Origin: Octopus sinensis
Taxonomy: Eukaryota
DNA length: 64,000 nt
Direction of reading: 5' to 3'
NCBI RefSeq assembly: GCF_006345805.1
Contig: NC_043003.1
Location: 61,442,001 to 61,506,000 of the forward strand
Part shown: positions 40,700-54,128 of the stretch, one piece after another
Layout: the number at the start of each line of letters is the position of its first letter
Position numbering within the stretch: the stretch's first letter is position 1
Made by a program: the position numbers and the translations under genes
The notes under the pieces: generated by a model
Databases searched by the model: none
The model's input: the letters and a program-made list of their open reading frames with translations, nothing else
What the model was told of the DNA's origin: nothing

Positions 40700-41120
40700 A
40701 TAAATACTATACTCTTTACTCTTTACTCTTTTACTTGTTTCAGTCATTTGACTGTGGCCATGCTGGAGCACCGCCTTTAATCGAGCAGCTCAACCCCGGG
40801 ACTTATTCTTTTGTAAGCCCAGTACTTATTCTATCGGTCTCTTTTGCCGAACCGCTAAGTAACGGGGACATAAACACACCAGCATCGGTTGTCAAGCAAT
40901 GCTAGGGGGACAAACACAGACACACAAACACACACACGCATATATATATACATACATATATACGACAGGCTTCTTTCAGTTTCCATCTACCAAATCCACT
41001 CACAAGGCTTTGGTCGGCCCGAGGCTATAGTAGAAGACACTTGCCCAAGGTGACACACAGTGGGACTGAACCCGGAACCATGTGGTTGGTAAACAAGCTA
41101 CTTACCACACACCTACTCTT
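40700..41120 (-). mobile_element. SINE family A (young)
   Basis: Full length with (TAAAAGAG)n tail. Confidence 0.9.
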
Positions 41121-41309
41121 ACGCCTACTATCTGTAATTCTGTATTGAATCGAATGGGAAAATGTGTCGCTCAAGAGGGGTTTTAGTTTGAACAATTTTC
41201 ATGATGTTTCGTATTTAGATGCTTTTATTGAATTCATTCAGTTGATAAACATAAATAAATCTTGGAATTAAATGACTTTGATTTACTGTCATTTACTTGA
41301 CATTTGGTC

Positions 41310-41366
<57 letters not shown>

Positions 41367-42340
41367 TGTGTGTGTGTGCGCGGTGCATTAGCAGAAAATC
41401 ACCAGGAGGGCAGTATACCTGCTAGTACATTTAATGAAAACAATTGAACAGAAGGAAAAGAGAGAGAGAGCATTGCAAGGAAAGAAAGTGAAAATAGCAG
41501 TGAGAGGGAAAAGACAAAATGTATTTAATGAAATAAGTGGGGAAGGGATACGAATGAAGTGAGTGAGTGAGAAAGAGACAAAGAGGGAGAGGAGTAAGAC
41601 ATTTAAAACCCGTTTGCTTTCTTTTATTTGTTAGTTACATACTCATAACAAATTTATAAGCAGGTTTCTTTACAATAGAAAAATCATTTGAAAACAAGTG
41701 TTAATATGTCCAAAATGGACTGCTAATAATTGTAGCAGACTTTGATGGCAGAGTTTCATTTATCTTGTATTTGTTCGTTTTGTATTTTATAAATGTGCAG
41801 GAAACCTAACAGGCCCTCCCAGGTTGATTACATCAATGAGGTTTAATTAATTATGTAAAAGAAAACATGATGAACATAGATGGATAATCTGACAGGTTGC
41901 CAGACTACAAGTAGCATGTTGAATCCTGTTGTCAGCAGCAGTGCAGTGTACGAATAATAAGACTGAGATGTTAAACTGTGAACCAGTGATAATCTGCTGT
42001 GTAAATCACTTACCTCGTTAGAAATAGATATCACATCACCTTCTAATCACAATGGATTATCTGAAGCGTGTGTGTGTGTGTGTGTATGTGTATATGTGTG
42101 TATGCTTGAGTTTGAGGTAGACCAAGGAAAATGTGGTGGGGACAGGTGGAGGAGGAGATTGGGAGGGTTGGGTTGAGGAGGGAGGATACCCAAAACAGGG
42201 CAAGATGATGTGAGGGTGGTTGCTATGGCATTGAGGTAGCTCCAGCCACCCCCGTTAATGGGGACAAAACCCAGATTCAAAACACTGGATGATGATGATG
42301 ATGATGTGTGTATATACATATATGTATGTGGGTGTGTGTG

Positions 42341-42371
<31 letters not shown>

Positions 42372-42666
42372 TAATAATAATAATATGACAACAAAAGAAT
42401 GAATGAGACTTCGATATTATGTAAAATAGAGGAATTTATCTATAAATATAATATGTGACAATTAGTTGGTTGTCATAATAAAACTCAGAATTTCGGATAC
42501 CGGGGCTGAAGTCTGCTCCGGTATCTCATCCGTTATTAAGACAAAATGCTATGAAAACAAACTGTTGAATAAAAGGAAATTACTCCAATTACTCCTCCTT
42601 AATAGGCATGGTGAAAGTAATACTTCATTCATAGAATCTGCATATACACACACTCATACATGTATG

Positions 42667-42707
<41 letters not shown>

Positions 42708-43150
42708 ATTGATTAATGAGAGAGAAGGAAGATGGAAGATATGAGAATGTTTATTAACCACTACACTTGATTTGACCTATGTAGCATTGATCTCTCCTGG
42801 GTGGGATACTTAACAACTGGTTTAGAAGTATCCGTCTGTGTAGATGTGTCTCTTCAGGTGATTACAGTATGTATCTCATTAAAATAATGACTGTTCCACA
42901 GGATATCTTCTCAGTTTGTGTATAGAAAAACAGCAAATTAAGGGGTTCAGTTTCATTTTTACAGAAGATCAATAATAAATAACAAATGCAAAAAGAAACA
43001 AATACACAGTACTGTGAAAAAAAATATTAAAGATATATATATATAAATAGGCAAATAACAACAGATGGATAATGTGTCTCTCCACTACAGCTGTTTCCAA
43101 TGAGTTTTTAATTGATTAATGGAAGAATGAATTGATGAAATGTACTTGAT

Positions 43151-43433
43151 CAGTGGTTCTCAAATGGGGTTCGTATGGCTCCTGGGGTGGGGGGGGCCAC
43201 ACAAGCAAAGTGGCACATTTGGGATCAACAGTGGTATTCTAAGGGTCCATGAAAAAATTTTGCTTTAGATTTATCTATTGCAAGAAACAGCTCAATTTCT
43301 GGTCATTGAAGCATGTTCTCTCAGAGAGTGCTGTTGTAAACCTACACAAGTTAATACAAGTAAAACAAAATAGGAATTTTGAAAGAAGTCCCTCACCAGA
43401 GTAAAATGGTAAAAAAATGGTTGAGAGTCACTG
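43151..43433. mobile_element. hAT Charlie-like MITE
   Basis: TIRs CAGTGGTTCTCAA / TTGAGAGTCACTG; 8-bp TSD TACTTGAT / TACTAGAT. Confidence 0.8.
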
Positions 43434-43694
43434 TACTAGATTGTTGAATAGGATTAGATTATAGAGACAGATGTCTATAGAAATGAGGGATAGTTAATAG
43501 AAGGGAAAGAATAAGAGTGAGAAAGGAGGAAAAAAAGTAGAGGTGGAGAGGATCATAAAGAGATGATAGGAAGGCGTGACATAGGTTTAAAGTTAAGAAA
43601 GGATGAAGGAGAAGTTAGGGGTGGGAGAGAAAATGGAGAGATGATATGATTAGTACAGCTATGAAGGCCTAATACTGAACAGTTTAATCTAGAC

Positions 43695-43941
43695 CCGTGG
43701 TTCTCAACCAGGGTGCGTATGATCCTTGGGGGTCCCTGTAAGGTTTTGTTGTTTAAATTTATCTGCAATAAATTGGTTATATTTCTATAATATACAAAAT
43801 ATTTTTGATACAATTTTTAATAATATTTAATTATAAAAATACAACAGGATTTTTTAAACATCAAATGGCTATGTGATGCCATCCAAGTAAAATCAGAATA
43901 AAAGAGGTCCATAGGTAAAAAAAAATGGTTGAGAACCACTG
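43695..43941. mobile_element. hAT Charlie-like MITE
   Basis: TIRs CCGTGGTTCTCAACC / GGTTGAGAACCACTG; degenerate TSD. Confidence 0.7.
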
Positions 43942-44112
43942 ATCAAAATAAAAGGTCAGTATCAGATGGGTAGGGAGGAGATAGAGTTACACATCAAAGA
44001 GAGTAAAAGTGAGAGATCCAGTGATAAGAGAAGAGTTTGGTTTTGTACTTGTCCCCCTGCTTGGTTACATATATATGTCTGTCTAGTATCAAAATGGCTA
44101 GAATTTGTCAAG

Positions 44113-44154
<42 letters not shown>

Positions 44155-44169
44155 TGATGATGATAATAA

Positions 44170-44730
44170 TTATAAATGCCCTGTTGCAGTACTAGGCAGG
44201 GCTCTTGTGGTTTCTGATCTTAACTGATTGGAAGTGTTATCATGTACATTGTTTTGTCTTGGTATAAGAGATGGGTTACGGCAAATATTCTGCTCAATAC
44301 CACATATTTGCTTGTCAGTTGTTTGACCTCAACCAGTTGACCATGTCTCTTAGTGGCTGATGATATGTGCATCTCTGATCACGAGCAGAAGTAGTGGGGG
44401 AGCATCATAGCCATGTGTTGAGAGGGATTCTTTGGGGCTTGAATAATTCACCTCTGGAAACATGGGTATTTCATTCAACATCCTTAAACAACCATTATTC
44501 AGGGACCTTTTGAGCAGGATGGGTTACTCGACCAGAAGAAAATTCTAACTGGGCCCCACCTGCAAGGTCATGTGCTATTTATCTTGATATGAGATCACCA
44601 TATCGCACACATATGGTTGTGATGCATGTGCCTGGTGTACCCTTAGCACATGGGTAGTCATGATGGGTATACCGGGCTTCGTATATTTTATCCCAGTGTC
44701 ACTTTGATGGCATGCACTGCTCTCTCACTC
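44170..44730 (+). mobile_element. Unclassified ~560-bp non-coding element bounded by (AAT)n on both sides
   Basis: Complex, more GC-balanced sequence between (AAT)n tracts; no tRNA head, no TIR, no ORF. Confidence 0.4.
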
Positions 44731-45404
44731 AATAATAATAATAATAATAATAACAACAATAATAATATAATACAACTCATCAAAGGTGAATGTACAGTAC
44801 ATAGAATTATGTACAAAAGTCAGGAAAGTGAACAGAGTGTGAGTCATGATATACGTGTGTGCATGCATATGGAGGTGGGACATCAGGTATAGTGTTGGCG
44901 AATTTCAGGAAGCATTGAGGTTTTGAAGGCGGTAAATTTTATAGAGACATGAAATGAAGAACATTAAGTCAGAATCCAGCTGTACCAATCTGATTGTTGG
45001 AGAATTAGAAAACCCTCACTAATGTAAAAATTAAATTTGATTAATGTACTCACTTTATAGAAATAAAAAATAAGTCTCAAGATAATAATTGTGTATAATT
45101 AGTTCTGTTTTTAATCTCAAAATTAGGTGCTAGACTTTCCAAGTCACTGCATATCTTTCACAATTTCTTCCCAGAGAGTAACGCCTCAGTCCTTTAAGTT
45201 TCTCCTGGTTGCTAATCCATTTCACTGAGGAATTGGATTGCCTTGAGTTCTGCTATTAATCTGACTGAGAATGAATGCTCTCCCAAGGAGCAATACTGTT
45301 TCCTTGATTCATGTTCTGAAAGATCTCAGAATCCAACCAACCAGTTACCTGCATATTGTTACAAATGCATGGGATGATACAAGTATAGTTCTTAAATACT
45401 ATGT

Positions 45405-45815
45405 ACATACTCTTTTACTCTTTTACTTGTTTCAGTCATTTGACTGAAGCCATGCTGGAGCACCACCTTTAGTCAAGTAAATCAACCCCAGGACTTATTC
45501 TTTGTAAGCCTAGTACTTATTCTTTCGGTCTCTTTTGCCTAACCGCTAAGTTACGGGGACGTAAGCACACCAGCATCGGTTGTCAAGCAATGTTGGGGGT
45601 ACAAACACAGACACACAAACATACACACACACACACACACATATATACATATATACGATGGGCTTCTTTCAGTTTCCATCTACCAAATCCACTCACAAGG
45701 CTTTGGTCGGCTTGAGGCTATAGTAGAAGACACTTGCCCAAAGTGACATGCAGTGGGACTGAACCCGGAACCATGTGGTTGGTAAGCAAGCTACTTACCA
45801 CATAGCCACTCTTAC
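45405..45815 (-). mobile_element. SINE family A
   Basis: Full length. Confidence 0.9.
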
Positions 45816-45856
45816 ACCTACATATTCAAGATTAACCCATTTGTTACTATATTTCT

Positions 45857-46245
45857 GGAGGCACAATGGCCCAGTGGTTAGGGCAGCGGACTCACGGTCA
45901 TAGGATCGCGGTTTCAATTCCTAGACCGGGCGTTGTGAGTGTTTATTGAGCGAAAACACCTAAAGCTCCACGAGGCTCTGGCAGGGGATGGTGGTGATCC
46001 CTGCTGTACTCTTTCACCACAACTTTCTCTCACTCTTACTTCCTGTTTCTGTTGTACCTGTATTTCAAAGGGCCGGCCTTGTCACTCACTGTGTCACGCT
46101 GAATATCCCCGAGAACTACGTTATGGGTACACGTGTCTGTGGAGTGCTCAGCCACTTACACGTTAATTTCACGAGCAGGCTGTTCCGTTGATTCGGATCA
46201 ACCGGAACCCTCATCGTCATAACCGATGGAGTGCTTCCACCATCC
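45857..46245 (+). mobile_element. SINE family C, tail C1
   Basis: Near-identical to 38930; 11-bp TSD ACTATATTTCT at 45846 and 46246. Confidence 0.9.
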
Positions 46246-47175
46246 ACTATATTTCTATTGAAAAACACTTCCTTAGTATTAATTCATTTTGATAGCAATG
46301 AAGAATTCAGTAATTCTTCATTGATTTCAGAATTAATTAAAACAAAACTTACTAAGCTGCTGTGTGGGACATAAATTTAACATGGAATTTTATTGGCAGA
46401 TTTTAATGTAGTTCACTTTAAAACAATGAGTTTGTATCATAGAACCCAGGGAGGTTGGGATCCAATGGATTAGGACACCTAATGACCTTTAGAGAACAAA
46501 CCAATCACAGCATAGAACAAATGCAAATATTTTAAAGATATTGTTCTTCTCTGAAAATGTCTTAAATAGTTTTGGAAACAAAAGGGACAAGTTTAACAAG
46601 TCACTTTGGACGTTTAGATATTTACCTTTTACTTGTTTCAGTCATTGGACTACAGCAATGCTGTGGCACCATCTTGAAGGGTTTGGTTCGATAAATCTCC
46701 CCCTGTACTTACCCTGTTGGTATCCATTGCTGAACAGCTAAGTTGCAGAAATATAAACAAACCAACACTGGTTATCAAGCTGTAGGGTGTTGGGAACAAA
46801 CACAAACACAAACACACACAACTGTCTTTGACAGCTTCCACCTACCAAATTCACCTACAAGGCATTGGTTGGGCTGGGACTTCAGTAGAAAATAACTAGC
46901 CCAAGGTGCCTCACGATGTGATTGAACCTGAAATCACTTGGCTGCAAAGCATGATTCTCACCACACAGCCATGTCTAGACTATTCATTCATATTTTCACA
47001 TGATAGAAACAATTTATTGAAAGCATTGTCTAATTTTCATTTAGTCTATAACTATCTTGTATTGATAATATGTCATGAATTTCCGACTAGAATTTCTTTA
47101 ATTGATTATAAATGTCTCATTTTCTTTATTAGTTCTGTCTTTCCATTGCAGGAGTAGTACAGTTAAATTTTCAAG

Positions 47176-47586
47176 ATGGCCACTGAACTTCACAAAGTTC
47201 ATTACCAACCAAAGGATTGGTTTACCAACAACTATAGCATCTCTACAAATTCTGAACGAGAGCAAAAGGCCTCCACTAACTGTCGACAAGAAGGGCGATA
47301 CCTACGCAATGAAACCTATGCTCAAACAAAATGGGACGAGTACCACAATAATATCAGGCTCGGTGATAGAGTAGACCAAATTAGAAAATGGAAAGAAATA
47401 CTTGAGAAAACTCTACAGGATTTGGATAAAGAAATTGGAGATTTATCTACATCCAAAGATTTGGCGGAACAACAACTTGAGGACATGAACCTTGCAACTG
47501 ATGTTAATGTAGAAAATTTGACTCTCCGAGAGAGCCACTATGGCATAGACCTTACTGAAGATGACCCTGAGCTTGACCTTAGAAAG
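47176..47586 (+). CDS. TEKT2: Tektin-B1/TEKT2-like, first coding exon (exon starts 47152)
   Basis: MATELHKVHYQPKDWFTNNY...RQEGRYLRNET...TKWDEYHNNIRLGDRVDQIRKWKEILEKTL is a tektin-B1 N-terminus; in-frame stop upstream; good Kozak context; AAG|GT donor, phase 0. Confidence 0.93.
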
Positions 47587-48555
47587 GTTTGTTGATTTGA
47601 GACAGATGATTTTATTTTGGTATTATTTTTCTATTATTGATTCCAGTCATGTCTAGAATACATTATAGAAATATTTAACCAATTCCAATTCTTGCTATGT
47701 TTAATTCTTCAGCTCTCAAATTACTCTATCACACGTAATGCTTATTGGCTCACTTTGTTTTAAATTAATCATGAGTTATGTCATAGCTTCAAGATTTTAA
47801 TTAGGTGATTATTTTTAGAATGACATTGTGGGGTAGATTTGAACATAAAACAGGTAGAATATTTGAGTAAGATATGGCAAGTTTAAATGCTACAGGGTGA
47901 AGCCCTTTGCGCTGAGCCTATAGAGCATATGCACTTGGCTATAGGTTGTCTTTTTTACTTCTCTCAAGTTGATTCCAGCTTTTTCCAGCTCTGCTTCAAT
48001 ATCCCACCCCGTATATCATCCTGAGGGAAGACTTTCCGCCCTTGGGTCTTGTCGAATTTGAATTGATATCAATGCTTCTGTAGCTGTGCTTTCTTCTGAG
48101 TAGGGCTGTTGGCCCAATGTAAACCCATTTTTACCTCTGGGAAGAGGTGGTCCATATTAGTTTGCCTTCTTATTTATATACATATGTACATAATCATTTA
48201 GCATCATCTCCCATACATACATACATACATACATACATACATACGTGTGTGTGTGTGTGTGTGTGTCATCATCATTATCAACTTTTAACTTCTGTTTTCC
48301 ATGCTGATATGGATTGGATTGTTTGAGAGGAGGTGGCCAGCTGGAGAGCTGCCCAATTCCAATTGTCTGCTTTGACATCGTTTCTTTGGCTGGATGCCCT
48401 TCTTAACACCAAACAATTCACAAAGAGTACTGAGTGCTTTTTATATGGCAGCAGTATGGGTGCTATTATTTATCATTCAGCTCCATGCAACTTAAAGTTT
48501 CATAGGTTCATCAAAGGAACTGAACAACTCACCAGGCACATAGAACACAATATAT

Positions 48556-48598
<43 letters not shown>

Positions 48599-49091
48599 CA
48601 TACACACTCCCCCACACACACACACTCATATATATCTCTTTATTGCCCACGGGGGGGGGGCTAAACATAGAGGGGACAAACAAGAACAGACAAAGGGATT
48701 AAGTCGATTATATCAACACCAGTGTGTAACTGGTACTTATTTTAAATCAACCCCAAAAGGATAAAAGGCAAAGTCAACCTCAGCAGAATTTGAACTCAGA
48801 ATGTACAGCAGACGAAATACCGCTAATCATTTCGCCCAACATGCTAATGATTCTGCCAACTCGCTGTCCTACACACACACACACACACACACATATGCAG
48901 GAATTGAACACCTAATTTGTATATCTTCAATTACCTCTGACAAGTTTCGACTTTCAAATAATTTTTAATTTTATTAATTAATTTTCTGCAGGTCTAGAAT
49001 TGAAACAGCTGTTAGAGATGTCAATTTTTTTAATTAATAAATAATAATTTATTAATTGTCTCTCTATTTTCTTATCTTATTGATATATATG

Positions 49092-49124
<33 letters not shown>

Positions 49125-49609
49125 CATACACACTCCCCCACACACACACACTCATATATATCTCTTTATTGCCCACGGGGGGGGGGCTAAACATAGAGGG
49201 GACAAACAAGAACAGACAAAGGGATTAAGTCGATTATATCAACACCAGTGTGTAACTGGTACTTATTTTAAATCAACCCCAAAAGGATAAAAGGCAAAGT
49301 CAACCTCAGCAGAATTTGAACTCAGAATGTAACAGCAGACGAAATACCGCTAATCATTTCGCCCAACATGCTAATGATTCTGCCAACTCGCTGTCCTAAC
49401 ACACACACACACACACATATGCAGGAATTGAACACCTAATTTGTATATCTTCAATTACCTCTGACAAGTTTCGACTTTCAAATAATTTTTAATTTTATTA
49501 ATTAATTTTCTGCAGGTCTAGAATTGAAACAGCTGTTAGAGATGTCAATTTTTTTAATTAATAAATAATAATTTATTAATTGTCTCTCTATTTTCTTATC
49601 TTATTGATA

Positions 49610-49650
<41 letters not shown>
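48599..49650. repeat. Near-perfect tandem duplication, period ~525 bp
   Basis: A family B SINE plus unique flank occurs twice; the copies differ almost only in homopolymer and microsatellite length. Confidence 0.9.
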
Positions 49651-49686
<36 letters not shown>

Positions 49687-50070
49687 ATATGTATGTATGT
49701 ATTTGTGTCTGTGTGTATGTGTTTGTGTGTATATATATCATGCTAGCATCAAAAACAGATGTTAAAATGATGATGATATATACATACAAACACACAGACA
49801 CAGACACACATAGTCATGATATTAAGATAATATGTTTTATGGCATGAAAGAGAAAAGAATCATAATTTTGGAAAAAGAAAAAGGAGCTCTATACATATTG
49901 CAGAATGTGCAGCATATTCAATTATCAGTATTACGGAGATGTACTTGCATAGCAAGTGACCTGATCTGAGATCGTTGTCTGGAATGAAAACAATTGCAGT
50001 GTGGAAGGTGTTTATGAGCCATTTAAGAAACACACAAAAACCATGAGATTCACTTCAGCATTTAAATTTA

Positions 50071-50125
50071 ATTTGCCAAAATATTTTCATCGCTTTGAGA
50101 CCGCGACCTGTTCACTGACAAAATT
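50071..50125 (-). ncRNA. Minimal type-I hammerhead motif with G3:C8 compensatory core
   Basis: Stem I 7 bp; GUGAACA; extra G; stem II GUCGC/GCGAU; GAAA; palindromic stem III AAUAUU; UU cleavage site. Confidence 0.6.
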
Positions 50126-50469
50126 CCGTGCTGTATCTCAGTAATTTTTCAAAAATTGAACAATTTCTTAATTATCACTAAAAAAAATAACTAATTAATT
50201 TGGAAAGCCCAGTACAGTCTATGTAACAAAATTATTGTAGCCCTGTATTATTGCTAAAATTAAATTAATATAACTAACGTTAAATATAAAGGTAGCAAAG
50301 TTGTAAAAGTAAAAAAAAAAAAAAAAGGAAACAATTGATCGCAGAGAGCATGAGCAGAGGCACAGTTACGAGCATGATCATGATCATGAGTATGATCCCG
50401 AGTAAGAGTACAATCACAAGCCTAATGACTTCATAAAAATATTCAGTTCTCTTGTCCATACTATATGTT

Positions 50470-50793
50470 TGGAGGTGCAATGGCCCAGTTGTTAGGGCAG
50501 CGGACTCGCGGTTGGAGGATCGAGGTTTCGATTCCCAGACCAGGCATTGCGTGTGTTTATTGAGCGAAAACACCTAAAGCTCCCCAAGGCTCTAGCAGGT
50601 GGGGGTGGCGACCCGTGTTGTACTCTTTCGCCCCAACTTTCTCTTACTCTTTCTTCCTGTTTCTTGAGTAATGCTGCGATGGACTGGAATCCCGTCCAGC
50701 TGGGGAGGGGGGAATACATACGCCATAGAAACCGGGAAACCAGGCCCATGAGCCTGGTTAGGCTTGAAAAGGGTACATAAATAAAAAATAAAA
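50470..50793 (+). mobile_element. SINE family C, tail C2 with A-rich end
   Basis: 12-bp TSD ATACTATATGTT at 50458 and 50794; ends about 70 nt before the tektin acceptor at 50863. Confidence 0.85.
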
Positions 50794-50863
50794 ATACTAT
50801 ATGTTATTAATCGTTTTCCATTGTTAAATGATTGCCAAATTTTTGTAAATATTTGTATTGTAG

Positions 50864-51078
50864 GAGACACAAGTTATAAATGGCATCAAAGCACTATTGC
50901 AACAACGCATATCTGAGAGTTTTGAGCAAATTGTCCGTCTGCAAGAAGCCCGTCAGCAGGTTCAGGCGGACTTGCAAGATAAGAATATTGCTATGGATAT
51001 TGACATTGACCAGTACAATCTGTCCCACAAATCTCCAAACATTAGCTTCAAGCCAGACCCATTGAGAGTTCCAAAGGG
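50864..51078 (+). CDS. TEKT2: Tektin second coding exon
   Basis: TAG acceptor, GG|GTAAGG donor; ETQVINGIKALLQQRISESFEQIVRLQEARQQV...PNISFKPDPLRVPKG; 215 nt, phases 0/2. Confidence 0.95.
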
Positions 51079-51511
51079 GTAAGGAATTCTTCTCATTCAT
51101 GTCCAATATTGCTTGAAGATATCATCATCATCATCATCATTGTTGTCATCCTCATCATCATGTACTTTTCCATGTTTGCTTGGGTTAGGTGAGAATATGT
51201 TGAGGTAGAGTTTTCCTGCAGCCATCCCAGCATTTGGTCCAAGGGAGGTAATAATATTCAAGTCTGTCAAGAAACACACAGCATGGACATGTTTATGCAG
51301 AGACAGAGAAAGAAAGGACATCAAATGACTGAGTCATTTGCTTACAAAAGATTGCGCAACATATCCAGAAGACCGAACAAGCTTTCAAGATGGACTGCAG
51401 GCAAAGGACTTCATCAGTAAGGCCATTGTTTACTACTAACACACACATGTGAAGACAAAGAAAATACGAACCCACTCACACAAACCCAGATATACACACA
51501 GGCACAGACAT

Positions 51512-51551
<40 letters not shown>

Positions 51552-53670
51552 TTACATATATATGTGTGTGTGTATGTATATATAACATTTGGGATTTGAA
51601 AGACAGGAGCATTAACTACAATATAAAGTGGTTCATTATTAGTTATACTCCATCATATAATCGTGGAAATTTTAAATGTGACCTCTGCCAAAAGAAAACG
51701 TATTATATAATTGCTTCAAAATTAGAATTATTAAATCGTAGAACCAGTCTTACATGGAAATGTTTCCATAAATATAGAAAAACATTTAAATATTTCATTA
51801 GTAAATAACACCCCTTGTTATAATTGTTTTCCCTATTATCTAATAAGCATGATTTTTCTGAATTTTTCCTTAGTATACATAAATAGTTAGATCACTAAAA
51901 GATGTTACATGGAATTTCTGTTTATTTTTTATTCTTTTGTTTACTGACATCATCATAAGTTTAAATACTAAAATGGCTTTTCTTTGAATATTATATTTCT
52001 TCATAACCTTCTTTTTGTATGCATTTATGAATTGTAGATATCATTTCAGTTCTCTTTGAATTTAGCCTGTTTTGGGTAACCCTGATAATGTTGTGTTTGC
52101 ACAAATTTTCAGATATATTGGTTTGAGTGGTATTTTGTACCTTATTTCTTTATCTAAATATGCTGGTACAATACAAACAATTGTTGGTAATATTTGGTGT
52201 ATCATCAATTAAAGATGTGTTATTTTCCATTCTTGTTCATGTTATATATGTGCTTGTGTGTGTGTGTACTTTAATAGTAAATTAACAATGCCACTAATGG
52301 TTTTATGTAGAAAAATTCACAATTCTTCAATCATTCCACTTTTAGCAAGTTGGTCATTTTCAATGGGAATGCATGAGATTACATAGGGTTATGTAAAATT
52401 TCGAAATTAATAGATACATGAATGAAGGGAGTTTACTCATTTAGGGAATTCTTTGATTGTTAGTTTCCTTGCATTGGCCTTGGTTTTTTTGCAAGAATTC
52501 GCATTCAAAATAGTTACATTGCATTATACAAGAACATTCACTCATACCTATATATATAAATATATAGATGTATACTAATGAATACAAGATGTGATGTAAG
52601 CCTGCAGTTTATGGATGTATGTGCATCTTATAATTTATGAGGTCTCCAAAGATTTGCAATGGCAATTAGTCTATAAAATCGTAAATTCATAAAATATATT
52701 TTGCAAATAATGTGATGTTTTGTATTTGTGTTATGTATGTCTTATATATACTTGAGCAGTTTAGAATTCCAGCATAAGTTTCTGGGAGTATATGACTATT
52801 ACACACCATTAATCTTATATCTTGAATTTATCCTGGTTGAATGGGTAAAAAGGTGGACGAGGTTTTATGCTTGAAATTTCATAGTTTGAATTGTTGTTTG
52901 TGCATACAAGATGAGGTTTTCTCCCTTATGTTTACTGGTGAAGTTATAATGTTTAATTTCTCTGTGATAAAAAGAAATTAACTGCTGCATCAGAAATTAA
53001 ATGCAGCATTGAAAGATTCAATTTTTAGAACAATATTACTTACATTGAACCAAATCTTGGTCAAAAGGATATGGACTTAGGAAAATATTGTGGTTTGATC
53101 CTTCATATAACATGAGCATTGCCATAAATATCAATAAATGATTTCTCAAACTTATTGTTATCCACTTCTTTCATACACATTAATACTACAGTGTTTCCCT
53201 TAAATAAAAACATAGTTAAAGTTAGATAAAGTTGCCTCCCCAAAATAGGCTCAATGATCATCAATCACAATAAGAATTATAGCATGAGAAATATTCCATA
53301 AAGATCTTGTAATTGTAGATCCCCCAATAACTGTCTTTTGAACAATTTGTGTCTAGAAAGAGAACTGGTTTATAAGGCTAACATTATTTACATGAATTAG
53401 ACCACATACATAAATAAACACAAACACACACACATGCACACACACATACAACAGGCTTCTTTCAGTTTCCATCTACCAAAGCTATTAACAAGGCTTTGGA
53501 TGGTTGACAGCTATAGTAGAAGACAGTTGCCCAAAGTGGCATACAGTGGGGCTGAACCCAAAACTTGTGTGGTTAGGAAGTGAAAGTCTTAACCACAAAG
53601 CCATGCCTGGGCCTATTATAGCACATATCTAATAATTTCTTTATTCTATTTTCTCTACTGTTTCTTTCAG

Positions 53671-53893
53671 TTCCACCACCCCCTGTGAATGGGAAGAATT
53701 TAGCCGTTATAATGTTCAACGTGCTGAAGCTGAGGTAAGAGGATCTCGTACTTTAAGGGAAACAATTCATCATAATTTGCAACAGGCTCGGAATGATTTG
53801 GAGACAGCCCAAAAATCAACTAATTACAGTTTTAGAAAACGAATGCATGAATATGAAAGAGCAATCAAAGAATTAGAATGGCAAAAGAAAAAT
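53671..53893 (+). CDS. TEKT2: Tektin third coding exon
   Basis: tttctttcag acceptor, GTAAGT donor; (G)STTPCEWEEFSRYNVQRAEAE...NYSFRKRMHEYERAIKELEWQKKN; 223 nt, phases 2/0. Confidence 0.95.
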
Positions 53894-54075
53894 GTAAGTT
53901 TGTAATTTAACTTTAAGAGATTGGGTTTGGCTGTGTGGTTAAGAAGCTTACTTACCAACCATGTGGTCTTCGGCTCAGTCCCAATGTGTGGTACCTTGAG
54001 CAAGTGTCTTCTACTATAGCCCTGATTTGATCAAAGCCTTGTGAGTGGATTTGGTTGACTGAAACTGAAAGAAGT

Positions 54076-54128
<53 letters not shown>

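Noticed and set aside
48930-49020. Two outward-facing GAAAC..GT(C/T)AGAG half-motifs
   Set aside because: No CUGANGA half on either strand; too degenerate to call.
51293-51475. Minus-strand peptide NNGLTDEV resembling the tektin motif YGLTDEV
   Set aside because: Wrong strand and no splice context. The match comes from CTGATGAAG, which looks like a decayed hammerhead-type remnant (CUGAUGA...GAAAGCUU) with a poor stem II.
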